The notes beneath the pieces are model-generated. The model was not told the DNA's origin. It did no database searches and worked only from the letters and a program-made list of their open reading frames with translations. Source: Octopus sinensis (taxonomy: Eukaryota). Taken from it: a stretch of 64,000 bases of DNA. The translations under genes and the position numbers were made by a program. Of this stretch, positions 11,951 through 25,102 are shown one piece after another (position 1 is the stretch's first letter; every line of letters starts with the position of its first letter). The stretch is taken from positions 96,782,001 to 96,846,000 of the forward strand of contig NC_043002.1 of NCBI RefSeq assembly GCF_006345805.1. Direction: 5' to 3'.

Positions 11951-13658
11951 TATTTCATTGGCCATAAAAGCTGTACATAGAGGGGAGAGCACAGAGTGAG
12001 GACAAAAAAAAATGAAAGGAAAAGATGAATTTAACATAATGAAAAACTGAAATGAAGCCGTTCGACTCCATCTCCGAGAGACTTCATTAAGCATGTTAAT
12101 ACAACCCTCTTTTTGAAAACATTTATTTTAAACTATCATTGATATTGCCTTTGTGACAGCTACTTTTCATTTTTAACACAAAATGTTTATCTTAAACTTT
12201 ATAAAAATAACAACCCGTTCTGGCATTGTACTGGTGTCTATCCCCTTGACCCATCATTCATAGTCACAGTTTTCCTCATAATTCTTTAATTTTGAAAGGC
12301 ACCCCGGGTTTGGCATCATACAGCTTATGTACCCAAGCAACCCCTTCAATTTTGTTATATCCACTTTTATGACTCTATTTCGCGAGTTTATCTCCTTATC
12401 AAGTTTTTCATTTCCCCCATCGTTCAGTAAAATATATTTTTCATTACCGGGCAAGGGTGGGGAAATTTGGGGCTCTTGCGTGCTTTTGCTTTTCTTTATG
12501 TCAGGTGGGGCATGGAGAGGGTTGGTGTTTGTAAGGAGTGGTTGGGGCCGAGTGAATGTGGGTGGGAGTCGGGCAGGTATGGGATGAGGGTCGTCATTTG
12601 CAACGTATACGCTTTTTCTTTCTTTTTTTCTTCCCAGCCACTTCTCATCCATTCCTTTCCTCGTTCACTTCCTCCTCCTCCATGCTGGTACTAGGTACTA
12701 GTTTTCGTCGGTGACGTCTCAATTTCCCCCATTCTCTTGTTTCCCTTTATCCTTCACGGGTGGTGGAGAACAGTCCGTTCTAATGTAGCCTTTGAGGTCA
12801 CATTTATAGCACCGCGGGATCCTTCCTTCCACTCTAACTCTAAGTGTTGCCTCTCCGACCGTGATGGTCTCGACTATCTTTTCAATATCCTCCTCTTGTA
12901 CCACCATATCAAGGCTTTGTCCTTGCCAGTTCCTGAGGGGTGTTCTGGTGGCCTGGAGGACTACCGCCTTCTCCATGCTTGGCAGTATGGCAGCTACCAG
13001 CCAGGCTACATCCACTTCTGGGAATATTTCTTCCGCGCTAACCCTGGAAGCACGTCTCCCAATGTATACGGGTAGAAGAAGCAATTCATCAGTTTTTAAT
13101 TGTGTGGTTGAGTGCAGTCTGGCGATAGCTATCTCTTGAAACTGCACTTCCACTGTTCCGTACTTTCTTCCCATGGCAAGGTAGGATATCTCTTGCCAGA
13201 CTAGCCGTAATGCGTTTTCAACTTGTGCCTCTGACACCGCTTCTATTTTCCTTGTTGCTAACGCGTATGTCCTGTAAACAATCGTTTTCTCTTGCTTATC
13301 CTTTCAAACTTCTTTAGGGTGGGGGACAATTTCACGGCGTTCCTCTCCCTCTGATGCATTTCCACGAACTTGCTCAGCTCTTCTAGATTTATATCTTCAA
13401 TTTTTCCCTTTGCCACTGCAGTGTAATTGCTTGTTTCTATTGCTGCCTCAATCTTGTTCAAACATTTCACCATTTCTTCCTGAGACGACACAAATTCTGA
13501 AGAAGTATAATTTAAATTCTCACAGCTCACCACACGACGCCCCTCCATTAAACAAGAGGGGAAATCGTCGCACCGCCAAGACAACCAAAAATCACATGTG
13601 CTATTCACAAAGACAGCTGTCGAACTAAACAAAACGCAATACCGGAAGCAAGCTTCTT
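11951..13658 (-). mobile_element. ORF1-only (HAL1-like) Tx1/L1 derivative
   Basis: ORF 12719-13237 ends EGRIPRCYKCDLKGYIRTDC; no RT; leader and 3' end homologous to its neighbours. Confidence 0.8.
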
Positions 13659-15277
13659 TATTTTATGAAATCGGACACGAAGGCCTTATACAGAGGGGAC
13701 AGCACAAGGTAGAGACAAAAAAAAAATGAAAAACAACAGAACGAATGAAAAAAATGAATTAACATAATGAAAGATTAAATGAAGCCGTTCGGCGTTCGGT
13801 TCCCCCCCTGAACGACTTCACTGAACCTGTTAATACAACACTTTTTGGAACACAATTATTTACACCAGTTAATCACCATATTTTCTTTAATTTTTTCAGA
13901 ATGTCTTTGTCATATTTCTTTTGATATCGACATACCTTATCCGTTCCGGCATTATGCTGGTGTCTAGTTTTTTGACCAACCACTCGCTGTGTCACAATTT
14001 TCCACATACATATTTTCCTTAGAGGGCTGCGGTGAGTAAGTTTGAGGCTTCTGTGTGTTTGCACTAGTTTTTATGTCAGACAAGGCATGGATGGGGGGGG
14101 GATTTCCGTACGGAGTGGTTGGGGTAAGTGGTGCGTGTGGGGGCCGAGTGGGTGTGGGCTTGGGGGGGGTCATCCTTCACCATGTGTGTCCTCTTTCTTT
14201 CTCTTTTTTCCGCCATTTCCCAGCTGGTGTTTGCCTCCTCTTCCTCGACGCTGGTACTTGTCTTCGTCTGTGATGCCACATCACTTCCTTTTCCCTCCAC
14301 TGGTTATGGAACACCAACCACTTTCTCACTCACCTGTCTCTCCTTAGACTTTTCTAGTAGTGGACGACAATCCACTCTAATGTGGCCTTTCAGACCACAT
14401 CTATAACACCGAGGAATCTTCCCTTCCACTCTGACTTTCAACGTTGTCTCTCCGACTGTGATTGTCCCGACCATCCCTTCATAATCCTACTCCACAACCT
14501 GCACAACCACATCAAGGGCCCGTCCTAGCCAGTTTCCATGGAGTGCTCTGGTGTCCCGGAGGACCACCACCCTATTATCCATGCCCAGCAGTACGGCAGC
14601 CATCAGCCAAGCCACATCCACCTCAGATGGGCACCTCCTCCACCACAAACCCGGAAGTACGCTTCCAAAGGTATATGACTAGAAGAACCACTTCATCCGT
14701 TCTCAGAGGTCTCAATGAGTGCAGCCCGGCTGCAGCTACCCGTCCGTCTCCGAACGGCACCGCTCCAAACCTCCTTCCTCCGGCAAGACAGAAAGCCAGA
14801 TTGGTCCCACTTCCCCTCCCACCTGAACCACCGACACAATCACGATCCTTCGGGCCGCCACTGAGCATGTTCACGAAATTACAGTCTCCTCCGTTGCGTC
14901 CCCTAAAACCACTTTGGGGCGGAGCACCTTCACTTCGCTCTCCTCCCCCAAGCATTCCCTTGAACTTGCTCACACCCTCCAGCCCCATGTCCTCGCTCCT
15001 TTCTTTCGTCGCTGCATCTCAACTCCCTACCTCCATTGCTTTGTCCATCATCCCCAAACACTCCACCATCCCGCCCCGCAGACGACACAAAGTCCGGAGA
15101 AGGGCATTCCACAACGTCAGAAGCAGAACAACTCAAACCTTCGCAACTCATCACTCGCCACCCCTCCACTATACAAGAGGGAAAACACCGCAGCACCAAG
15201 ACAATCATAAAACATGTGTGTGCAACACTTACAGATAACAGTTCGACCGACAAACGCCATACCGGAAGCAAACTTCT
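13659..15277 (-). mobile_element. ORF1-only (HAL1-like) Tx1/L1 derivative, frameshifted
   Basis: SEVDVAWLMAAVL...TITVGETTLKVRVEGKIPRCYRCGLKGHIRVDC; no RT. Confidence 0.8.
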
Positions 15278-15302
15278 AACTACCCAACGACACCTGCGCC
15301 GC
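15278..15302 (-). mobile_element. 5' tip of the family A SINE head upstream of the retroelement array
   Basis: gcggcgcaggtgtcgttgggtagtt(agaagtttgcttcc) aligns without gaps to the SINE 5' end ggtgcaggcgtggctgtgtggtaagaagcttgcttcc (consensus by eye). Confidence 0.6.
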
Positions 15303-15511
15303 TATATATATATATTATATATATATATATATATATGAATGTATATATTTATATAGATACTGATCGAAGTGTACAGAACTATATATTCGTATATCCGTTC
15401 CAATCTGGGAGATGAGCAAAGCGTAACATAATTCAGCTGTCCCCTAACATCCGGTTTAACAAAAAGTTCGAAGCCGATTGGTAAGATCGGCTGTAAGAAA
15501 TTTATAATAAT

Positions 15512-15724
15512 ATACACTTAGAATTATATATCCACTGCTGAGAGATATATGAGTGCTTTCTTTTTCTCAGTGGTGGATAATAAAACGAGTGTATACATAT
15601 ACATACATATATGCATATATACATACATATATACATGTGTATATATCCGTTTAATTATCTACCACTGAGAAAAAGAAAGCACTCATATATCTCTCAGGAG
15701 TGGATATATAATTCTAAATGTACA
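15512..15724. mobile_element. MITE-like: ~75-bp inverted arms flanking a TA/CA microsatellite
   Basis: 15512-15587 is the reverse complement of 15648-15724. Confidence 0.8.
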
Positions 15725-16191
15725 TTATTATATATTTATTACATATATATGTATACGATCGTATATTGTATATTGTATGTATATATATATATATATATGT
15801 ATTTATGTTTCTCTCTGCGTATATTCCACTGATGAGGCAAAGCATTTCTAAATGCAAAGCCAGAAATCCGGGATTAGGAATTATCCAGTAATTTTTTACT
15901 AGATAAGTTTGTCTTTGTGTCTTCTCTCCTTGTGCTATTAGAACACTTAAGGTAGTTTTAGAGTGAGATCCTGGCTGCTATTTTCAGCCTGGCGGTATCT
16001 CGTATATACCCTAAGTTATAATTTTAATAATATTATTACCTTTGAAGGTTTTTAGTTCCATGCCGGCCACATTATCAGATAGTCCATTTAATTTAAATAA
16101 CGATCTTATCCTTATATAATAATATATATATATAATATATAATATAATCTCAGAGCGAGTTTTATACACAGTAGCGTAACACATCATGAAT

Positions 16192-16463
16192 CATATTTGC
16201 CTTTTGAATATGGCTAACTCCCTAAGGGTGATGCTACTGTAGTTTTGTAGCCCCAGAAGATATCTCCTCCAGCTGGCTATAGACACACTACTGTGTTCCT
16301 CTCATTATCTGTGAAGGGAAGTCATCGGGGATAATGACTTCCCTTCACATATACTGAGAGGACAAAGATAGTGTGTCTATAGCCACTGGAGAGATATCTT
16401 CCTGGGCTTACAACTACAGTACAATCCACCCTTAGGGGTTAGCCATATTCAAATGGCAATATG
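16192..16463. mobile_element. ~270-bp fold-back MITE
   Basis: Near-complete palindrome centred on gaagggaagtcat-cggggata-atgacttcccttc. Confidence 0.85.
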
Positions 16464-16766
16464 CGTCCACTATATATTATATATATTATATATATATATA
16501 TGATATATTAATATATATATATATATATATATACAGACAGACAGACAATATACTCATACATACGTACGAAATTAAGTATGTGCTAGTATGTTATGAGTAG
16601 ATATTGAATATACGATTGCTAGATTGTGCAATCAGTATTAAAAAAAAAACCACTCCGTACTTTCACGTTAAATAGAGGATTGTACATGTATAATAGCAAG
16701 AAAGAGTAAGTCAAAAGTCAATATTTGTAGCATGGATATAACACTGATTTCCATACCCCATTATAC

Positions 16767-16782
16767 TTTATTCAAGTTTATT
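16767..16782 (-). terminator. Two AATAAA polyadenylation signals of paralog 2
   Basis: tttatt at 16767 and 16777, about 60 nt downstream of the stop codon. Confidence 0.6.
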
Positions 16783-16838
16783 CTGTTTATAGTATACAGA
16801 TTAAAGAGATTAAAGAATGCTAAACATGAAATTTTCGT

Positions 16839-16906
16839 TTAGCATTCAATTCGATCCTTATAGACCAAATAGTCATCTTCCGCAAAATTATGATCTACTC
16901 TGCAAA
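16839..16906 (-). CDS. Paralog 2 terminal exon D (68 nt): (V)CRVDHNFAEDDYLVYKDRIEC*
   Basis: Acceptor TACTAACaaattatattttctgttacag; only the phase-1 frame is open; same 68 nt and C-x19-C* as 46814-46881. Confidence 0.88.
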
Positions 16907-16963
16907 CTGTAACAGAAAATATAATTTGTTAGTAGAAAATTGCGTCACATTTTCGTTTCATTT

Positions 16964-17634
16964 TGGAAAAAAATACTAACTCTTATAAGATGCTTAGAAT
17001 TTTCTGAACATTAGTAGTATGCCTGGAATAAAATACTAACTCTTATAAGATGCTTAGAATTTTCTGAACATTAGTAGTATGCCTGGAATAAAATACTAAC
17101 TCTTATAAGATGCTTAGAATTTTCTGAACATTAGTAGTATGCCTGGAATAAAATACTAACTCTTATAAGATGCTTAGAATTTTCTGAACATTAGTAGTAT
17201 GCCTGGAATAAAATACTAACTCTTATAAGATGCTTAGAATTTTCTGAACATTAGTAGTATGCCTGGAATAAAATACTAACTCTTATAAGATGCTTAGAAT
17301 TTTCTGAACATTAGTAGTATGCCTGGAATAAAATACTAACTCTTATAAGATGCTTAGAATTTTCTGAACATTAGTAGTATGCCTGGAATAAAATACTAAC
17401 TCTTATAAGATGCTTAGAATTTTCTGAACATTAGTAGTATGCCTGGAATAAAATACTAACTCTTATAAGATGCTTAGAATTTTCTGAACATTAGTAGTAT
17501 GCCTGGAATAAAATACTAACTCTTATAAGATGCTTAGAATTTTCTGAACATTAGTAGTATGCCTGGAAAAAAATACTAACTCTTATAAGATGCTTAGAAT
17601 TTTCTGAACATTAGTAGTATGCCTGGAATAAAAT
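16964..17634. repeat. 60-bp minisatellite, ~11 near-identical copies
   Basis: Unit aaatactaactcttataagatgcttagaattttctgaacattagtagtatgcctggaata; one variant unit; stops in all six frames. Confidence 0.97.
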
Positions 17635-18212
17635 ATATAGTTGAAATATCGAAAGCAATACCATTATTAAAATTCGACAATATATTTGCAAAAGTTGGTA
17701 CTTCTTCGTGCATACACCTATCGTTTATTTTACACACCACACTCCAAACTATATTGGATACCTTTACATTTGAATCTTGCTACCACACACGCACACACAC
17801 ACTCACACACATACACCATGAAATAAATGCAACATTTACATAAAAGCTACACTAAATTTCATGCTTAAATAGAAAAATAATAATAAGTATACTATCTGAT
17901 CATATTACTTTCCGGAGCCTGAAACTTATAGTAGCTCAAATGTCATTTCTGCGTTTATTTAAAAGATATTTATGTGCCACTGGATGGACTACATTTTAGT
18001 ACTACTACTATTACTAACATCATCACAATAACAACCATCACCACCACCATCACCGTTACCGCTGCAACTGTTGATACCATATATATTACAAACATCTATT
18101 GGATAGAAAATTACTATCTGTAAATCACACCACAAGAGATATTCAGCAACAGTACTTTGGAGTAAAGATTAGTTTCCAACATAACATGCCAGTCCTGGTT
18201 TAGTGCGAATAT

Positions 18213-18426
18213 TGTTGTAATTTAGCCCCAGCTGGCTATACGGCACGATCTGTGTCCTTATATTTTCGAACAAAGGGATCTGTCAACCTCACTCGGAAAT
18301 CGCGATACACATATTGTTTTGAGCTGAGTGTGTGTGCTAGAATCCGTTCTTCGAAAGCATAAGGACACAGATCGTGTCGTATAGCCACCTGAGGACGTTG
18401 TCTCCTGCGGCTAAATTACAGCAACA
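18213..18426. mobile_element. Fold-back MITE related to 16192-16463
   Basis: Inverted arms gttgtaatttagcc...ggctatacggcacgatctgtgtcctta. Confidence 0.75.
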
Positions 18427-18542
18427 TTCGTCTTAAACCAGTACTGCCATGTTATGTTGGCAAATAATCTTTACTCCATTTATTGGATAGACGAAAAAAT
18501 GAGGCAAAATGAGAAGGGAATAAAGTATTCGAAGCAACATAC

Positions 18543-18662
18543 CTTGATCATACGTTACCGAACCTTCTGTTACTTTACAGTAAAGTTTTACACAACGAAA
18601 GTTATAGGTACCAAATGCAAATTCGTCACTGCTCAAACATTGTCCGTCAGTGTCCTTGCAGA
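18543..18662 (-). CDS. Paralog 2 exon C (120 nt, phase 1-1): (F)CKDTDGQCLSSDEFAFGTYNFRCVKLYCKVTEGSVTYDQ
   Basis: Acceptor attacattactttcag, donor AG|gtatgt; homologous to 51806-51937. Confidence 0.9.
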
Positions 18663-18686
18663 CTGAAAGTAATGTAATTGTATGTA

Positions 18687-18773
<87 letters not shown>

Positions 18774-18780
18774 TACATCT

Positions 18781-19190
18781 AATGTAGGATAAAAAATTTT
18801 CGAAAAAAATTCTATCAATGGTCAGCATATTAAAAAATACCATTAAAGGTTAAATTTATAAACACGTCTCGAGATGGGCTAGGGAATTTCTATTTTGGAT
18901 ATATTTGGGGTACTTAATTGTGCTCATGACTTAGTGTTTGCTTCTTCCATGGGTATAAGTAAGTATTTCACTTATTTCTTTGCCGCATTTATCACTCATG
19001 AAGAGAAGGTTCTTATGAACTAACTCTGAAATCGGGTCCGACATGGTAATAACGGGATTTTTTAGAAATTTCTGTCGGCTTTCTTCGAGACGCGTGCTTG
19101 TAGTGATAAATTAGGTGGTTATTGACGTTGTGTCGATTTTCGGAATATTTTGGCATTAAAAATGTTTTCTTTTGCCCTTACTTATAAATT
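18781..19190 (+). mobile_element. Interspersed repeat family (taatgtagg.taaaattttt...ttttgccctt)
   Basis: Related copies at 33081-33245, 41850-42122 and 42296-42570. Confidence 0.7.
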
Positions 19191-19224
19191 ATATATAAAT
19201 ATACTTTTGTGTTTGTGTATCATA

Positions 19225-19646
19225 GGTGCAGGCGTGCCTGTGAGGTAAGGAGCTTGCTTCCCAACCACGTGGTACTGCATTCACTCCCACTGCGTGGAAA
19301 CCTTAGGCAAATTTCTTTTACTGTAGTGCTCGGCCCGATCAAAGTCCTGTGAGTGGATTTGGTAGATGGAAACTGAAAGAAGCCTGTCGTATATATACGT
19401 ATATATAAATCTATGTGTGTGTGTGTTTGTTCTCCCAACCCCAACCGGTGTTTGTGTGTTTATAACCGATGTTGGTGATAGCCACAAGTGTTAGTGTACT
19501 TGCGTCCCCGTAAGTTAGCGTTTCGATAAAAGATACCGATAAAATATGTATCACGCTAAAAAATAAGTACTACAGTCGATTAACTCGACTAAAAATTTAG
19601 GACCGTGCTCTAGCATGGCCGCTGTCTAATGACTGAAACGCGTAAA
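19225..19646 (+). mobile_element. SINE family A
   Basis: Aligns to 448-848. Confidence 0.85.
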
Positions 19647-20078
19647 TGATGAAACTTAAATGAATGAGAAAAGAACATGGAATTAGATAGTGGCCTTCAC
19701 TAGCTTTCAGCTGTTACTGCAATGGCACGTTGTGGCTTCACATTTCAGTGCTTGTGTGTCACAATATAACTTCAACAATGAACAGCGATTTTATTTGGGA
19801 AGGCAAGACTTCTGTGAATATATAAACGCTTAAACAAATGAAAGTGCACCTCATTTTGAAGCCGAGATGAAGCTATAGAATGATACACAAACACTTCATT
19901 ATGAGTGAATTATATTTGATATGAGAAATAATTGCAAAATAATGACGGTCATTATATTGATTTCATGATCCCTTGTCACTTATTTAAGTTTTCATTACAT
20001 GCTCTAACTGACTAACGGTTTTTCTGAAGTTTATCTATAATGAATTCTTACGCCAGATTCTTAGAATCTCTATGCCTA

Positions 20079-20151
<73 letters not shown>

Positions 20152-21143
20152 TAGTACGGATGGTTGTCAACTTTGTTCTATGGAAACTTATAAAATTTTG
20201 AAATATCAGAGTAATACAAATCTGTTGAATAACCGTTTGGATTTGGGAGTATCTTGTATACATCGTACAACCCGAACGTTTAAATACTTTAAATAATAAT
20301 TTTGTGAATATTCCTATATTTTTCAAATTGTAATTCTTTATAATCAAATAAGAAGGAATATACCATACTGGCTTTCAATTTAACATTCATAGATGACTAA
20401 AAAAATCTTCACTGCAAACTTGAAATTGAATTATTTTTTCTAAAATTAAACTGGCTTTAAAATTAATAAGGCTTTCCCTCAGTTAAAAAGTACTATGCCT
20501 ACTCGTAATAAGTGATAGTTTTTTTTTCTCCAAATTGCACTCTCTGTGAATGTGATAGTGACCATATGACATTGACCTAGTTCTCTCATCAAATAGTAGT
20601 AATTGGAATTTAGTAGTGAGAATTGTCTTCCTCATGAATTCCTTTTATGGAGTTCTGAATCCCCCTTTACCCCATTTCTACAATTAGAAAATCTTTATTA
20701 CTTACTTCTCCCTCTCACAAACTTACAGCAGTCTGGAACAATCAAATCTTAGTCAGTCAGTGGAGGGACTCCAATACTTCATATGTTCTTAAAATTTAAA
20801 TCCACATCTTTGTCTATAAATCTACCTTCTCTATAATGTTGCCACTTGATTAAAAAATGTTTGTATTAATGGAAAACCTCTATAATTGGCTGATGAGTAC
20901 TCAGCATCTTAAATCTGTTGTAACACTTACAACATTTAATAAAATGATGTAGTACGAAACGATCGTACCAAATTACCGGAGTCATTCTTGTTGCTTATTT
21001 TGATTATAATCACCCCACGGATTTTTATGGATAACACCATACAAAATTCTGGTGCATTTAAATTAAGTACCATATTACTTTGAATCTAAATTTTTACATA
21101 CATATATATATACATGTATATATATATATACATACATATATAT

Positions 21144-21208
<65 letters not shown>

Positions 21209-21279
21209 CATATATATATATAAATATACATATATATATATATACATACATATATATATATACATACATACATATATAT

Positions 21280-21316
<37 letters not shown>

Positions 21317-21550
21317 ATCAATATAGGGTGGCAAAAAATTTTGTAGAATTTTTTTGCCACCAGCGGCCTAGTGGGAAAAATTAAATAGTCATAGACCATT
21401 TTTAAGTTCAACATCAAACAGTAGATGAAACGGTGCATCGTATAAGAAATTACAGGGTAAATGTTTTTTAATTTTCTCCTGGTTTATTTTGCGGTTGAAG
21501 CTTTGGCTGTTATTTCTAGTGGGTGAATGGCCTATTATAGCCGTTCCTTG

Positions 21551-21618
<68 letters not shown>

Positions 21619-21850
21619 TTGTATACTGTCAACTTAACGTGACATTAAGGGATTACACCACTGCTGTTTAGCCCTAGTGAGCATCGACGCTTCCTGTCGG
21701 CTTCGACACATTTCCTGTGTTCTTATATATTTACGAAGGGGAGACAAATACCCCCAACAGCTAGGCCTGCATCTAGAGACACGCATGTTTCAGGGTCCTT
21801 GCTCATCATCGGTCTAGATTAGCAGAGGCCTGCCAGCTGAAGATGAAATC

Positions 21851-23100
21851 TTTATTATAGGCACGATGGCCCGAATTAAGAGGGGACATTACAAAACAGG
21901 ACATGGGGTACATATAATAAAAAAAATCGAAAAGTATGGTATGATAATGAATTATTGATAATGGGTTAATGGATTGTCTTACGAGTTCCCCAAGCTCGCA
22001 GTTTCATTTAAAATACAATTTTGTTATACTGGGCGTTCATCTGTAATGTGATCGAGTAGCCTCTCCTGGTCTACAATAGCTGGCAAACTGTCATAACGGA
22101 TATATTGCATTACGCATACAGCCGAAAACACACTTTTCAATTTCATCATTGTCTCTTTTTCCACAATCGCCGCCTTCACTTGATGATCAAATATTTTTGG
22201 GTTCAACTTTACTCTGATTAAACTTTTCTTATTTGCTAGCTTCTTTTCAGTTTATTTGTCCTTCATGTACAATATTACCACTTTGAGATTTTTTTCCCTT
22301 GGGTCTTCCTCCTTCCTTACATACTTTTAACTGCTCTTCTACTCTTCTGTCCCATTCTTCCCCTGCCTTTAAATTTGCCGGTTCTCTCGCTTTCGCTTCT
22401 GCATCCTTCTCTTCGTACGTTCGATCCTCCATCTCGTCGGTAGTCTTCTTTTTCGTTTTTTTCTTTATTTGTACTTTAGGTTGTGATTCCACCCGCGTTC
22501 TCTTTCTATCTTCTTTTCCTTCTGTTCTTTACTTTTCTTCCTCCTTCACCAACTCGTCACCACTTTCCACATTATCTGTATTCACAATTTCTTCTTCTAC
22601 ATCCGTCATTTGCAATTCCTCTGTCAGAGCCTCCAATGTTATCATCTCCTCTTGTATTTTTTTTCGGACACACATCCTTCATATGGCCTCTAATCTTACA
22701 TGTGTAGCACACTTGGGGTCTCCCCTCTACCACGACTCTGAGTCGTGTCTCGTCAGGGAACACCAACTCTTCTGGAATGTTATACATGTCTGGCAAGGTT
22801 ATGTGTACCAACGCTTGTACTGCATAACCCCAGCACTTTACTTCCTTCGACCTTTCTATCTTCAATATCTCGACATTCTCCTTGCAGTTAAATATTCTTG
22901 CTGCTATAATTCGCTCCATTTTCAACTCTGGTGAAATTTTGCTGATTCTTATTCTCACCGCTCGTCTTCCACAATAGCTAGGTAGTAATAGCCATTTTTC
23001 ATTTTTCAATATTTTTGTAGCGTTCTTCTTTGCTTCAGCTTCGTTCTCAAAATGATCTACCACCTCTATTATAGCTTTTTCTTTAATCTCCTGCAAACAC
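21851..23100 (-). mobile_element. ORF1-only L1/Tx1-like element (5'-truncated)
   Basis: ORF 22572-23096 with LLLPSYCGRRAVRI and EGRPQVCYTCKIRGHMKDVC; 3' end tgtcccctct...aataaa resembles the array elements. Confidence 0.78.
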
Positions 23101-23122
23101 CTCTCAGTGGAACACTGACCTA

Positions 23123-24575
23123 TGCTTTTCTCTTATCCCCCTGAACCCGCCCTGCAGTCTCCTGCCTCCCTTTTCTCCTCACCTATCACCCCACCACCCT
23201 ACCTCTCCAACTCACCATTCTCCGAGCTTTCCAGCATCTCCAGTCCGACCCATTTACTTCACACATCTTCCCTAACCGACCCCTCCCCTCCTTCAATGGA
23301 GCCCACAACCTACGAGACCTCTTGGTCCACAGCTTCTTCCCCAACCCTACCTCCCAACCAGGCTCATTCCCCTGCTCCCACCCACGCTTCCGCACTTGCC
23401 CTTACCTCTCCAACACCACCCTCCTCACCGGCACCCATCATTGACCCTATCGCATCACCGACTCCTTCACCTGCACTTCTAACAATAACATCTATTGCAT
23501 CTTCTGATCTCTCTGCCATTCTCTGTACATCGGATAAACGGTACGCCACTTGGCTGACCGGTTCGCGGAACACCTCCGAGGCATCCGCCAGTCTCACGCC
23601 GATGACACCCCGGTCTGACGCCATTTCCACTCTACCGGTCACTCTTTGCAACACTTGTCCGTGTTCGGATTGTCCTTGCATAAAGGTCATCTGGGCTCCC
23701 GCTTGCGCCGTGAACAGGGATTAATCTTCTCTCTTCGCTCCTTTATGCCATATGGCTCAACTCTCCACCCCTCTTCATCTAACCTCCTCCCTTTGCCTCT
23801 CTCCACCTCCTCTTCCCTCCTACTTCCTCCCACCCACCTTTCCTCTCTTGCTACGACTCCTACTTCTCTTCACCTCTACTCTCTTTCTCTCTTCTCTCTT
23901 ACTCTCTTTCTCTCTTCTGCCATACCTTCCCCTTCCCCCTTCATCGTCAACCCTTACCCATAAGCGCACCCACCCCTACATATTCTTGCTCCAACTTCCC
24001 TATCCTTCCCATCCCTTACACCCTCTCCTACATACCCACCTCTACCCCAACCCTCAGCCTAACCCACACCCCATCCGTGCTTTCCCCACTCTCGCCTTCC
24101 CCCTCCTCCCAACAGCATCACACCACACCACACAACACCATAACACACTACACCATACCACAATACACATCACATCACAACACACCAACCACACACCAGC
24201 ACTGACCAATTCCCATCCCCACATTTTCACAACTACACATACACACACGCACACGTCAAGACCACCAGCCCTTTTCCACACGCACATACGTACTCTCTTA
24301 CGCACACGCGCACCTTCGTTTTGGGGATCACCTTTACTTTGTTACCTCCCCTACTTCTTCGCTCTCGTGTGTGACACTTCTGTCCGGCATTCGCCATGAT
24401 AGATCGGTAGCCACTACACACATTTTATTCTCTCCTTGTTTTTTCTGTGTTCCTTTCTGTGGAAGAGCCTAGGCTCAAAACGTCAAATACTTTTTCAATT
24501 CCTGAGCTTTATAGTTATACATCTGCTTGTTTTCTACACCACCTGTCTTCATCTTTTGTTTTTTTCGTGAATTCT

Positions 24576-24580
<5 letters not shown>
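23123..24580 (+). mobile_element. Penelope-like 3' fragment: degenerate GIY-YIG domain and terminal region
   Basis: GSFPCSHPRFRTCPY...FTCTSNNNIYCI..LCHSLYIG*T.RHLADRFAEH; terminal motif ctgtgga-agagcctaggctc-aaaacgtc. Confidence 0.85.
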
Positions 24581-24654
<74 letters not shown>

Positions 24655-25102
24655 TACATATATATCTTCTTTCATCGTGTTACACCGATAGTTCCAATAT
24701 CTCTCTCGGTTTTTCCTCTCATCAGTTTCTGGCAAAGCGCGTATGCTCGAAGCGTCAAACGCTTTTCCATTCTTCCCGTACGCCAAACTAATATACCTGC
24801 TTGTTGTTCCCTCATCTGTCTTTGTCTTTTTGCTGTACATATGTTATCCTCATCGTAATTTAATCCACTTACATCCCTAATTAATTATCTAGGTGCTATG
24901 AATGATTATGTAGCAAGATCAAAATATGTTCATTCATAAATTTAGAACACGCTACAAGAACGAAACTGAAAGCTCGTAGCATGAGTCACATTCTTCATTA
25001 AATATGTAAGGTATTCAGGCATAAGAACATAACCAATAGCTAAATCGTCTGATATGAAAAATGTGAAGAAAGTATATGTATTAATTACTGCTTTTTACTT
25101 AC

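Noticed and set aside
14462-15238. 258-aa Pro-rich plus-strand ORF (likewise 22299-22934, 23122-23724, 23752-24399)
   Set aside because: Antisense or off-frame readings of retroelement sequence
16964-17634. CRISPR array or coding repeat
   Set aside because: No unique spacers, eukaryotic context, and stops in all six frames
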